Positions 12,150 to 24,491 of a stretch of DNA of 64,000 bases are shown here, piece after piece; the first letter of the stretch is position 1; each line of letters begins with the position of its first letter. This DNA comes from Epiperipatus broadwayi (lineage: Eukaryota; Animalia; Onychophora), in assembly GCA_028023455.1 (NCBI GenBank), contig JAQFVV010000006.1, positions 15,376,001 to 15,440,000 on the forward strand, in the 5' to 3' direction. A program made the position numbers and the translations under genes. The notes beneath the pieces were generated by a model. The model was not told the DNA's origin and searched no databases. It saw only the letters and a list, made by a program, of their open reading frames with translations.

Positions 12150-13950
12150 TACTGTTATGCCCCATTATTCTTGATTTATACGAAGAGCAAATGGACGGGC
12201 TATTAATTAATTTATTTGTAACTAACTAGCGGAGCTTCATTTTATATAAATTCTCAAAGTTCTTTCATCATAAGTGGCAAATAACATAATTACTCAGAGT
12301 TACGACCGAGAATGAAAGCGGAAATTAAATAATTTTAAAATGGACGTAAAATCATAAAATTTCCAAATGATATGCAAGAAAAAATTATTAAATGTGAAAT
12401 ATTAAAAACGGTTATATATATCGTCAATTGTCAACAATTATAGCACCAAATGGTAAATATCCTATACGAAACGTTTTTATTACAAGTCAAACTTCAAGTT
12501 GTTCATATGATGTGAAAAATTTTAACGTTTATTTTATATTAAAAATATATATTTTACGTTTTCTGCAGGATAATAGATAATGGCGATACTATTTGAGTGA
12601 CTTAACAGGTTTGCGTAAAATAAGTTATCATAAGCGTAAACGCATGTCATGTAAAACAAATTCAGAATGTTATTTTAAAATTGAACCGGAGAAATACTTC
12701 ATTTTATTCCAAAAGATGAGAACATATCTTGAAAACGTCTCAACAAGAGATGACAGCCAGGTTGATAATTAAATAATTGCAAATATAATTAGTTGTTTCA
12801 ATCTTATTTAGAGTGATTATATTAAGTATATATCTACAACGTAGAAGACAATTTTATATTGGATATTTAAACATTGTTACAATCTAACATTGAAATGGAG
12901 CGTTCGCTTAAAGGTTTTGAGAACAATAAAATGTATTTTTTTCTAATTTTCATTACTTAATTTTACTAAGATATTAATGTAACACAATATATATAACATT
13001 TTTTATAAAAAAAATTCCGTTTAGGAAGAGTACAAAATCAAAGACATCTTGGGATAATTTTCTTAAAGAAAAAAACTAAATCTTTGAAATTATTAATATA
13101 CTAGTGTAAAGAATTAAATATATAAATCCGAATTTCTTAGAACTTTATTAATGTCCGCACTAACGGTTAAAAAGAAAATTTGAATATTTCGTTTAACGTA
13201 TATAAGACATATATGCAAATATGGTTAAAAAAAAAAGTAAATATTTGAATATGAAATACCTGGTGTAAAAAAATAAATAAACGAATATTTTACCCTACGT
13301 CAGCTGCGAAAATTTTGGTAATACAGATACGAATGGATAGTTTAGAATGTAAGTGAATAAATAATATAGCTGATGGGGAATTTTAATAAGAAAAAAATCA
13401 TTTAGTTTTTTGATCTATTTGATAATGTCATTAAATACATACCTTGACTTAATGTATTTTTACTTAAAAAAAGTAAAAACTTTTTTGCATTTGAACTCAA
13501 CTTTAACATTTCTATAAGAAATATGTGCAAATGTAATACAAATAAGAAAAACTAACGACTACTTTGAAGACGAATGAGATAGCATGGTTTTTCTTTTTTT
13601 CTTAAGAAAAGAATTTTCTAAACAACATTTCTATTGGATAATTTTATCATTGTGCTATTTATTTTCTTTGCCTTTTAGCCAATAAACACATTGATTACGT
13701 TCAGGCATAGCAAAAAAAACTTTAACAACACTTTTTGTAACATTTAGTTTCGTAGTTTAAAAATTTTAGATTGTTTTTAAAAAGAAGCATATATTTGATT
13801 TTAAAATGTAACGAACTGTTATTATATTGTGATTTATATGTGAATATTTTGCGAGTTTTATTGTTTTCATTTTATTTTTGATGCAAAAATAAAATCGAAT
13901 TAACGTGCTTCAATTTTTCGCAAAGGTTTGTGGGAAACGCCACCAGAAAG
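12150..13950. promoter_or_regulatory. Likely SETD1 promoter / first non-coding exon region (CpG-enriched)
   Basis: Visibly many more CpGs than the introns. YY1-like AAATGGCG at ~12578. Strong donor GTAAGT at 13349-13354. The first coding exon has an acceptor only 2 nt before the ATG, so an upstream exon is required. Confidence 0.45.
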
Positions 13951-14274
13951 GCAGACTGCTAACTGTGATAACCACATCAGCAAAGTTGTGTTTTAATTGA
14001 CTGAGAAATACTGGCAGACAAATGCCTACCACGAGATGTTTCATTTTGGAGTTCCCTGATGACATTGAGGGTTCAGCAATAATGTAGCTTTCGCCGAAAA
14101 TCGGCAGATGTTGTCATGAATCCCAGTTTTGAAATCTCTGTACAGAGTGAGCATCACAATTTGCCTTGTTTCCCATCATCATCATTTTGATTTTTTTCAT
14201 ATAATTTACTAATGCTTTCATCTCTTTAAATGATAAATCCTGTTTATATAATAATTTCTATTTCTTTTGTAGAT

Positions 14275-14406
14275 ATGAATGGAGCAGTAGGACCTTCGGA
14301 TCCAGGACAGATGGAGAAAAAGAGAAGAAACTACAAGTTACTAGTAGACCCAGTTCTTAGGAAGGGTCATCCGAAACTGTATCGCTATGATGGAGTGGTT
14401 CCAGGG
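14275..14406 (+). CDS. SETD1: SETD1/Set1 histone H3K4 methyltransferase, coding exon 1 (44 aa)
   Basis: [32 protein letters not shown] matches the conserved SETD1A/B N-terminus. Acceptor AG at 14271-72, donor GTAAGG at 14407, phase 0. Confidence 0.92.
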
Positions 14407-16657
14407 GTAAGGGTGTAATATTCAAAGAAGAATATTTAAATCAAGATTTATATTAAATATAATCACTCAGTAATTGCTTTTTTAACTGTTCCTAATATCC
14501 TGATTATTTTTACGAGAAATGTCAATAAAAGCACATGCTTCCCCCTACGTGCATATATGATCTTAGTCTTGTAGCTTTGTTTTGATCAAGGATTTTATTG
14601 GTTTTCATTTTATTAAATCTTCTAAATTCAAAATGAAGAAAAAAAAAAATCATAATTTAGATTTTTTTTTTTTTTCCAAAAAAAACAACAAAACATCCAA
14701 ATTCGAGCGAAGTTTGTTTACAAATATTGCTTTCCATCTTGCATGATAAAAGAAAATACAAATTAGTATATATATTTTTGGGACTTTTTTAAAAGAAAAA
14801 ATAGAAAATTTTGTATTTCTCGTTAGTATTCTTTTACAACTGTTTATCAAGAGAATATTATAAATAAAATTAACATTTTTTAATGAAATTACATGTTAGT
14901 TAATCAAGATGTGATAAAAATTAGAAGTATTATAGTTTTACGCAAATTAGAAATATATCTTTGTTTATTAGTAATTGTTTTTTAAAAAAATTCTTTTGTG
15001 GAGACAACAATAAATAATTCAATTTTTTTCTACGATAAACGATGCTGTAAAAAAGTACTTCTTTCATCGAAAAGATGTGGCAAAAAATAGAATATGTTAG
15101 AAACCTATAAATGTAATCTTGAAAATGTAAAGTTTACTGTAGAAGAAACTAAAAGACCATTGCATAAACGGAAAGGATCAGCTCATAATAAAAAAACATC
15201 TTCGTGGCTGATGGATTATTTTATATAATTATCAACTGTTTTGTTATTCTAGAATTAGAAAGACATCCATTTATGAGTGACTGGTAATATGAAAATGGAA
15301 TAGAATTTTAAAATATATATGTGAGGAATAAACTTATATATAAAAAAAATGATGGATAGAAACAACATAGAAAGTATGATGACCAAAGAAATTTTTATAC
15401 TCATTTTTTTTTTTAAGATTGAATAAAACAAAGTTATGGATCATTTTATTTTTTCATCCGGATTTAACTAGACGAAATCCTTACCAATAATATTAACTAG
15501 ACTAAATATTCTGTTGAGCTTGCATTTACTGTTTCTTTAGATAGATAACTTTTTTTTTTCTGTTCTTATTTCCAATTAATATCTTGAAAAGGAAAATTAA
15601 TGCTAAGTAGCTCCAATATATCATCGACGTATTCATTAACATATATAAGTAGTTGTAAAGTTATCCCAAAGAAATTTTGGAAAGTCAGTCTTTGGATGAA
15701 ATATCACATTATTAGTTTTATTTTTTATTGTGTATCAATATCGTTTTAAAAATGTTTTTTTTTTTTTTCAAATTTAGGTTGATTATTATATTAAATGTAT
15801 AGGGTTTTCTTGAATCTAATGACTTTTGTCTTTGTAAATAGAACCTGAATTTTTTTCATTGTCAGTACATACACAAATATAACTGAATTTTGTATTTTAC
15901 GGTAATCCTGAACATTTTTTTTTAAAATTTATAAAAACATAATTACTTATATCTGCTTTTAAATGTCTTTGTTCATATAGTTGTTACCATGAAATATTTT
16001 AATAATTGATGTAATACTGTTTGTAGGTTAAGAGTTACTTCTCTTCTTTTTTTTTAAGCAATATTACTACCTAATTATATATAATTTAAGGTCTTCAAAA
16101 AACAAGTAATTTGTAATGCAATATATATTATATCCAAGCTGGCTCTCTACATGCTATAATATTCATGAAATTAATAATTTTAATCTTACATATATATATG
16201 TATTTAAATTTCATGCTGCATTAATTTAAATGCTTAAGCTATAATGTTTAGATTGGCTGTTTGCTTATAATGTGTTTCGTAAGGGTGTGTGACATTCGGT
16301 AGTCAATTGCATCTGAAAGATACTATAAATTCCAAAGTCAGTGTTGGTATAGTTGTGCAAAGTAGTTTTGCATTGAGCATAGCAATATTATTTGCAATGA
16401 CTGTTAAAAATAATTTTCAAAATCAATAATTGGTCGAGAGGTCAGCGACAGCTGCTTTACAAGAAGTTGTCACGGGTTAGTGGGTTTGCTTCCCAGCTGA
16501 TGCTATGACACATGAGAAAAAAAATCAAAAATCTTTTTTTTTTGGTTGTACTTTTTAGCAATATCTATTTCCATTACTTGAAAACAATTTTTTTTACTTT
16601 TTATATTTATGTGCTTAGTAATTTTTGATTGTAACTGAAATAAAAATTATTTGTTTG

Positions 16658-16726
16658 AGATGATGATCTGGACCAACTGATGAGTGCTGGTTCAACATGA
16701 AATATATGTATTGGAGATCATCATTT
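16658..16726 (+). ncRNA. Type-I hammerhead ribozyme motif (family D, copy 1), sense in SETD1 intron 1
   Basis: Stem I AGATGATGATCT-gga-CCAA / TTGG-AGATCATCATTT. CTGATGA at 16677-83, stem II GTGCTG-GTT-CAACAT, GAAA at 16699-702, quasi-palindromic stem III ATATATGT, GUA cleavage triplet at 16708-10. Confidence 0.8.
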
Positions 16727-16844
16727 ATCTTTTTCACATGTATGTGGTCATGTGTATTGGGTTATATGTAATGGTGTGTATAGCTGAAAGGAGCTTGAAT
16801 GTTTCGGTTCAAATCCCCTATAATTATATAAATATTAAAAATCT

Positions 16845-17035
16845 ATTCACTGGTCAAAGAAGTCCAAATATGTTATTAAGATAATTCACAAACTAGATCC
16901 GCAAAGAATCACTTAAATGATTTTGCAAATAAGTCTCTTTGGTGTTGATATAACAAAAGGTGGACATAGTTTGCAAGTTCATTTAAATGATTCTTTGGAA
17001 ATCTAGCTTTTGAATTATATTGGTAATGTATTTAT
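16845..17035. repeat. Family E dispersed repeat, here as an inverted pair; other copies at ~53720-53830 and ~54585-54690
   Basis: Shared gaagtcc(g/a)aa..ttactaagataattcacaagctagatc..caaagaatca..ttaaatga. The second half here is the reverse complement of the first. Confidence 0.6.
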
Positions 17036-18280
17036 ATGTGTTTGTTTCGTGAATAGACTTATATTCTCAGCATTACATATTTGATAAACCATAAAATTAT
17101 TTACATAATCTTTAAAAAATCCTAAGTATAATAAATGCAAATTTGTATTATTTTAAAATTTTTTTCATATTACAGGACAAGCTAATAATGAATGTCACTC
17201 TCGGATACATATGATATATGCTGCAACTTTTTTGACAGCATTCTCAGAATTAACATATCCATTAATATTTTAAAATAAATATTAGAGTATATTTCTCACC
17301 ATCTTGCTATGTCAAGATGACGTAAAGACAGGTTGTATTTAGATCAAATTTATATTGTATTAGTGTAATTGATTAATTGGATTTCTTAATATATAAAAGA
17401 ATTCAGAAGTTATGATGTAATCTGATTGAAAATAATTTGATTTCAGATATATTTGGATACGAAGATTGGAAAGGATGGGCCAATAATATGAAATAATTTT
17501 GTAATCAATATTATGCATATAAAGAATTGTTTAGGTGATAAAGAACTTGGGTCAGGAAAAAAGTATAGAGTAAAATCTAGCTGATTTGCTAGTCCTTGAG
17601 TTGAGATGGAAAAAAGAAATGTTTATTTTATCAGTGTTTAGAATATTTCTTTGTATATTATATAATTAATTATAATTAAATGCATACAAAATCCGATTGA
17701 TCGAAACAGTATAAAATCCCTAGTATGTAATGTTAACTGGGTTCAACCATTGCTGCGTAATTTGCATGTGTTATCTGTCTATCTTTTTTTCTGGAGTTGG
17801 AATGACCTTATTCATTTTGCAAATGAGTATTAATGAATTGAATATTTAGAAATTGTAAGATTTATTTTTTGAATAATTAAATTATTGCTATTAAATTGTT
17901 TACGTTATTTGCAATAGACTCTAATGGCTATAGGTCAATACTCTGTTGACCTTAAATAGTTTCAGTATGTGCCACATAGTGATAGCAATATGGCATATAC
18001 AGATTTAATTATAAAAGTCTATATTTTGATAATCTGATATATTTATAATATAATTATCTTGCGGAATCTTTAAATTTGTTGTATAGTTTTAAAATTTTTT
18101 AAATTTAATTACATGTAAAAAATTAGTGGAATATATAGTAAAAACAAATGTTAGAAAAAATTGAAGATTATTTTCTTAATACATAAAATTGAATGAGAAT
18201 GATTTAAATGGGAAATAATAAATATTTTTGCAGCGGGAAATCTTTTTTTATTATTGTTAAATTTTAAGTATACTTGATTT

Positions 18281-18641
18281 AATAGTAATATTAGCCATTA
18301 AGCCAATGCACATGCGCTTTAAAGATAAATTATAAATGAATACTCAATTTTTCCAGACACGAGATATAGTATTTTAGAAAGAATGGAATGAATCCACCCA
18401 TTCTTTCGACCCAAACGTTTATGTATGGGCAAATCTTAAGTGTGTGGAAATAAAAGTGTGAAGGTGTTACACGATCACATACTTAAGATTTGCCCATCCA
18501 CAAATGTTTGGGTTGAAAGAATGGATGGATTCATTCCATTCTTTCTAAAATACTATATCTCGTGTCTGAAAAAATTGAGTATTCATTTATAATTTATCTT
18601 TAAAGCGCAAGTGCATTGGCTTAATCGCTAATATTACTATT
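18281..18641. repeat. Inverted duplication (arms ~166 bp, 18281-18446 / 18476-18641) of a family B-related repeat
   Basis: The arms are direct reverse complements with few mismatches. Carries the family B words cacatgcgc and gacacgaga and a GAAAGAATGG/CCATTCTTTC hairpin. Confidence 0.9.
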
Positions 18642-19289
18642 ACATAAAAAACATAGCGCTATATAAAATAATATCTCATTATACTTGATTTAATAAATTT
18701 GGAAATATATATCAAATGCAAACAGTTGTTTGAATTAATGACATTAATATTTGCTTGAATTTATTTTTAAATATTCAGATTAAATTAATAATATGAGGAA
18801 AAAAGTAATATTTGATTTTGATTTGAGTAATCAAATCTCTATGTATACTAAATTAGTATCAACAATATCATGACATTCTCATATGCCTCCAAGAACAGTT
18901 ATTGTCAAGCAACAACAGAGCTATCTATTGTAAACTTGAGTAATTAATGGATACAGATGATATAGTACTACATTAATCCCACACATTGATAGTTTCTGGC
19001 TTTTACCTTTGTAGTTGAAAACTAGGATTCAAAACTAGGCCTCCTGCATGCAGTTATACATTTAGCAGTCATCTTTTACTCTTTTATATTAGTCAATACA
19101 ATAGTCTGATATTCAAAATCCCTATTAATTCAAATCCATGTTAATTTGTTTGCATAATTACATAGATCTGATACCAGGTCTCTAAAATATCTAGAAACTA
19201 ACCTAGTGTTGCTGTAATTATGCAAGCAAGTTAACCTAAGTTCAAAATCTTAGATTTTTTTTTTTGTATTTCAGACTATTAACTTGAAC

Positions 19290-19420
19290 AGTATAAAGAA
19301 ATAAAAAGTGGCTGGTGGATGCATAAGTAATGCATTAGTTCCAGATTTAAATTCTAGTTCTCACTGATGATAGTAATAGCTAGATACTGACCCTTGGTGG
19401 AGTATTGGAGCGTGTATAAT
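19290..19420 (+). mobile_element. Diverged family A relative with a decayed hammerhead core
   Basis: ataaaaagtggctg..gcattag..tctca CTGATGA (19364-70) TAGT-AATA-GCTA GATA (GAAA mutated) ..gagtattgga. Confidence 0.5.
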
Positions 19421-20591
19421 ATATTTAGTGTCTTGGTTATTTGAGCTTACAGTAGCAGAGTAGGGTGAAGAGATTTCGGATATGTATCTGTCTGTATTTA
19501 CATTATGTATAGAAAAAGTCTTAAGTGGATAAAAGATTGGTAAAGGTTTTTAGATGTGTAAAGAATATTTTGAAGTAATTAAAAAAAATAGTAAAACTTT
19601 TTGGGTATATATAAAGTTTGTATAAATGAAATAATATATTGGAGATAGTCATTTAATAGGTAAAATAAATTTTAAATCGCATTGCGTCATTTGACAGAAA
19701 TTGTGATTACTAGATGTAATATGTGACAAATTTAAAAAGCTAATAAAGAAGCAAAGTAACAGGGAGTGTTATGCTAATATACAAAAAAATTTAGATAAGA
19801 ACGTAAGAGAAATTTATACTAACATACAAGATTTAGATGAGAAAGTTATTCTAGATGCTGGGGAAAAAATGCAAGTAGTTGTAGGTGAAATCATATTAAT
19901 AAGAGATTCATTGATTTGGAAGATTTGGAGATGATATTTCTAAAAAGAATAGGGGCAGATATATACGGGTATGTATACTTGAAAAAATTATCATATTAGG
20001 GATAAAATATTAATTTGTTACGTGAAGAAGTTTTATGTTGGGCACAAATATTTAAAGATCAGTCAAAAGTAATAATGGAAGAGAATAGTAGGGTTGTTTA
20101 TAATATTTTGTGATGTATGACATGTTTTGTTAATGATAGTTTTAGATAAATTATGGCATAAGAATAACGATTTTTTGCAGAGGGCAGACAAAATGTAGTG
20201 CAGTTTTTTAAATGTGTACAAAATTGGGGATTTAATTTAATGGGGAAAAAATAAAAATTAATGATAATTGATCAAACGAGAAAAGAATTGTAAGTTTGGG
20301 TATTTGAATGAAGGAAGGTATGATTATAAAGGAGATCATTAATTGGAATCAATTTAGATAATTAGGAGGATTAAAGGATTGAGAAGTTAAATTGGAGAAA
20401 GAAAATGTTTTGATATTGAAATTAGTATTATAGATTCAGAATCCAGAACTTGATGAAAAGAAATGACTGTCAGTATTAGCATATGGAAATGAACTAACAT
20501 TTACATTAAAAAGAAGAGATAAATTGGTCGAGTTTTTATACGAGAGATGCAAGAAGCAAGTTAATTATAATTAATAATATTTTTTATTTCA

Positions 20592-20850
20592 CTTTATACA
20601 AAGAAACATTATTTTCTTCAATAATTTTATTTCCTTATAGTTTTGACTGTCCAATAGTCTTCTTCAGAATTACAAAATATTTAAATATATTTCTATATAA
20701 AAACAAAGATATTTTACTATAATTATATCTATGCATAATTATTTCTGTGTAGTCATATATTTTTAAATATTTTGTAGTTCTGAAGAACACTGCTGGACAG
20801 TTGAAAGTAAGAAAATAAAATTATTTGAAGAAAATGTTTGCATTATATAA
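20592..20850. repeat. Family F inverted pair with hammerhead-like cores
   Basis: Arms ~20592-20690 and 20757-20850. The + copy reads CTGAAGA(20780) ACACTG-CTGGA-CAGTT GAAA; the - copy reads CTGAAGA AGACTA-TTGGA-CAGTC AAAA. Confidence 0.6.
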
Positions 20851-21659
20851 AACAAAGAAAAGTGTTGTTAGTTATAATCATATATGTCAATAATAAATGC
20901 ATATGGAATAAAGGAGAAAGAATAATAATTTTTTTTTAAAAAAAAAAGAAAAGTAAAAGTATTTCGAAAATTAAAATTCATGTACTGTAAAGAAAATAGT
21001 TTAAGTGCTTTTCAATTGGGTGATAATAAATAATTTATGCTAACGACTGATAAAGATTGTAGGTTTTTGTTTGCATGAAAATTGGGATGAGATCTAGTCA
21101 AAATGACTAATTATTGAAAGAGTAAGGATTGAGATAGGATGTCATAAGTTAATAAAAGATATTTAATTGAATAGTGGAAAATATGGACAAAAAGTAAATA
21201 ATTAAAAGAGAAGAAAAAAGAAAAAAAAAATTTACTTTTTAATTCAAGGGCAGGGATGTTGGCAGAAAATAATACATAAATAAGTGAGAATGTTTACTAG
21301 ACTTAACTTGACTGTGTGATGAAACGTCTTAGAATGTTAGATATTATTATTAAGCTATATGCATTTATAGCAAAGGTACTATCAAAATGAAGATAGCATA
21401 AACATTAAATATATATCCTTAATGCAGTTTCAGTGCATAGTATCTTTTTCAAAGACAAATGTTACCGAATATATATATTTTCTATTCATTGCAGAGACTA
21501 TATGCTTAATGAACCCAGCTTTTCTTACTTTTCTTTTTTCTGTCAGTTTGCTCCTTATCTTTACTTTTTTAGAGTCCAAAATATGATCAAATATAATTTT
21601 ATATTCTAAAAATGCAGATGATAATGCAGGATTTTTTTTGGTCTCTGGTATAAAAATAT

Positions 21660-21790
21660 TGTCATCATTTTCAATCATTATCGATCCACTTCTGGATGAA
21701 GATCTCTCCAAATTTAATCCAATTTCTTCATTTTCTAGTCTCTTCTCCATATCATACCAAGAAACGTCATTATTTCATCTGTCTATCTTA
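21660..21790 (-). mobile_element. Decayed 3' end of an RTE-clade LINE
   Basis: The reverse complement matches the 3' end of the 5763-6853 copy (ggagagatcttcatccagaagtggatcgataatg..gatga). Confidence 0.7.
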
Positions 21791-24033
21791 CATGTGGCCT
21801 CTTTCTAGATCTTTTACAATTTCTTGGAATCTAGATACTTCTCTCCTTTCAGTTCTTTAACAGGGGAAGGGAAGGAGATGCAAACAAAAAGTTTTTTTTC
21901 CACCTCTTTCTTTGTGGCTCTTTAATGTGTGTGGGTGTGGAGAGGGGGTAGTCATCTCTTTTCGCGATTCTTTACGAGAAAAGGGGAGGAAGATTTAAAT
22001 GAAATGGCTCTTTGTGCTAGAAAGTTTGTCGATCTCTGATCTGATTTATTTTTATCATTTGAACATTTGGCATATAACTTCGCCAACAATTTTTTTATAT
22101 TTTTTCATCTGCTTCTTTTGAGATGTTAATTATAATTCCATCATTTCCTGAAATTTTTCTTTTTCTTCATAGATCTAACTTCTCCATACTCAACCCGCAG
22201 CCCACTAAGCTTTTACTTGTGGACCATCATGCGGATGACACTTCTCTTTATTTTTGCAATGAGAGAGAAAAAAGTTTTGACTCGTGATAGATTCTTTTTT
22301 CTTTTTTTAGTGATGCACTGATAACATTAGCTGCCAATTTTTTAATTTCAAGTCTAAACAATCGCAGAGGGAAGAAATCTGCCGTTTTTGTTGACAAGTA
22401 ACCATTTGCATTTGGATTTTTTTTAATGATGCACCAATAATATTAGCTAACAATTTTTATTTTTAATGCACAAATTACCCAAATGGCAAGTTTTGATTGG
22501 TCAATTATAGAATCAGCAATAAAAAATATTTTTTAAAATTATATTTGTTTAGTTTAGCTTCTAAAATACAAATATATAATTTGTCAGATTATTAAAGTAA
22601 AGAAAAGTTTTTTAAAAAGTAAATTTATATCTATTGTTGATGAAAATAATTTATAGTTGTTAATATAAAACATAATTGTCATCCAGTTTCAAATTGCAGC
22701 CATACATCATCGATTTCTGTGATAATTTGTCTTATAAAAATAAATATTTTCTACTAAAATCTAAATTATTCTTAATATTTTACAAATATTTTGTAATAGA
22801 AGTGATAATTTTGTAAAAAAATATAGCAAATATATGTTTTCATTTTCAAAATCATAATGAAGAAAGAGAACTGTCAAAATTGATGATAGGCACTCTTGTA
22901 TGGAGAGAACAAGAAACTACCAACCAATATCTTAGAAGGCTTTTATACTTGTGTCATTCTTTTCATAAGATTTTAATTTAAACAACCATGTGAGGAAGGA
23001 CCTGCCTTTATTGTTATTGAGTAACCACTTGAGTTTGATTTGATTTTTTTTTATTGTCGCGCTAATAATATTAGCTATCTATATCCTGTCCCAAATAAGC
23101 CAGTGTTGTTTTATATATGTATATAAACACAAGCATGTAAAATATAATTTTAAGAAGAAATCTGGACTAGCCCAATATTTGAAGAAAAGATGAGTTATGA
23201 TATGATTATCACGATTTGAAAAACTTGTAGTTTGTGGAATATACCATTTTATTTCAAACTAATTAAACACTGATAATGACATCTTCAAATAACAAATGAA
23301 AAATATCTGATGAAAATAGAGTATTCAAGATAAGTGGGATGAGGAGTATTTTGTTGTAGTAAATAACAAAGGTTCAGCAACATGTTTGATTTGTCAAGAA
23401 AGTATCACTTTAAAAAATATAACATTGGTCGTCATTATATCATAAAACGTGAATGTTTAATGATACTGTTTGTCATGGGTCTTTAATAAGAAGTGAAAAA
23501 TTAGCTTGCTTCAAGAAATCATTGCAACAGTGACGATCTCACAAGAAGCAGTGGTGATACAAGCATTATGAAATTTGTTACATACTTGGCAAAAATATGG
23601 AACCATTTACTGATGCTGAAATTGTAAAAGAATGTTTCATAAATGCTTCCAATATATTGTTTGATAAATTTAGCAATAAAAATCAAATAATATTGCAATT
23701 TAAGAAACTCCAACTCTCAGATTCTACCTATAGTAGACACATTGAAGATATTGCAAAACATATTTCTGATAGTATAATAGGAGATTTGAAAAATTGCAAA
23801 TATTTTAATTTGGCTGTTGATTCAGGCACTGACATTTCAGCAGTGTCTCCTTGGGTCATTTTTGTCAGATATTGTACTGACAGAATTTAATTCACATAAT
23901 CACCATTTTTTATGCTTGCTCCTGTTATTAAAACAGGCAAAACTTGCCATACAGTATTGCCACTCAGTGCAAGCCCAAGTAATCAATGGATGCCAGAAGG
24001 CTTGTGCCTAAAATCCCTATCTAGTGCATACTG

Positions 24034-24092
24034 ATCCAATATTCCCAGACTAGTTTCTAGTTTGTCGCTTTCATCAGTGAGAAGCCTTGGAT
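24034..24092 (-). ncRNA. Type-I hammerhead motif (family A), antisense to SETD1
   Basis: Stem I TTCTCA/TGGGAA (compensatory change relative to TCCTCA/TGGGGA) plus ATCCAA/TTGGAT. CTGATGA, GAAA, ACTAGT and GUC present. One mismatch in stem II. Confidence 0.6.
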
Positions 24093-24434
24093 CTAAAAGC
24101 GATGCACCTAGATCTTAGGATCTAATGCAACTCTTTAGCAGCCATCTTTTATCTCTACATAACTACAAAACTATGAGTCTAAAATGGAAACACAATAATA
24201 TTTTCAATCCAAGCTCATTAGCTTATATAGTCATATAGGTCTAAACTCAGTTCAGTACCCATACAATTTGGTGTCTTTGGTTTTTAATAACCATAACCAC
24301 CACTATTCTATTAGGCAGGATTGGTATTAAACCAGTAAACATCATATGATCACCATTTCTTATGCTTGCTCCTAACTGTTATTAAAACTGGCAAAACTCT
24401 CCATTCAGTAAGATCTAGGTGCAATGCTTTCAGA

Positions 24435-24491
24435 TCCAAGGCTCCTCACTGATGAAAGTCACAAGCTAGAAACTAGTCTGAGGATATTGGA
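24435..24491 (+). ncRNA. Type-I hammerhead motif (family A), sense in SETD1 intron 1
   Basis: TCCAA-ggc-TCCTCA CTGATGA(24449-55) A-AGT-CACAA-GCT-A GAAA(24469-72) CTAG TC|TGAGGA-ta-TTGGA. Predicted cut after 24478. Confidence 0.72.

Noticed and set aside
14040-14110. CTGATGA at ~14057 with a downstream GAAA
   Set aside because: The stem does not abut GAAA, and no stem I or III is present.
14230-14274. ORF-track N-terminus [15 protein letters not shown]
   Set aside because: It spans the acceptor tract; the real start is the ATG at 14275.
19430-20480. Purine-rich strand-biased tract resembling an ancient retroelement ORF
   Set aside because: No recognisable motif survives.
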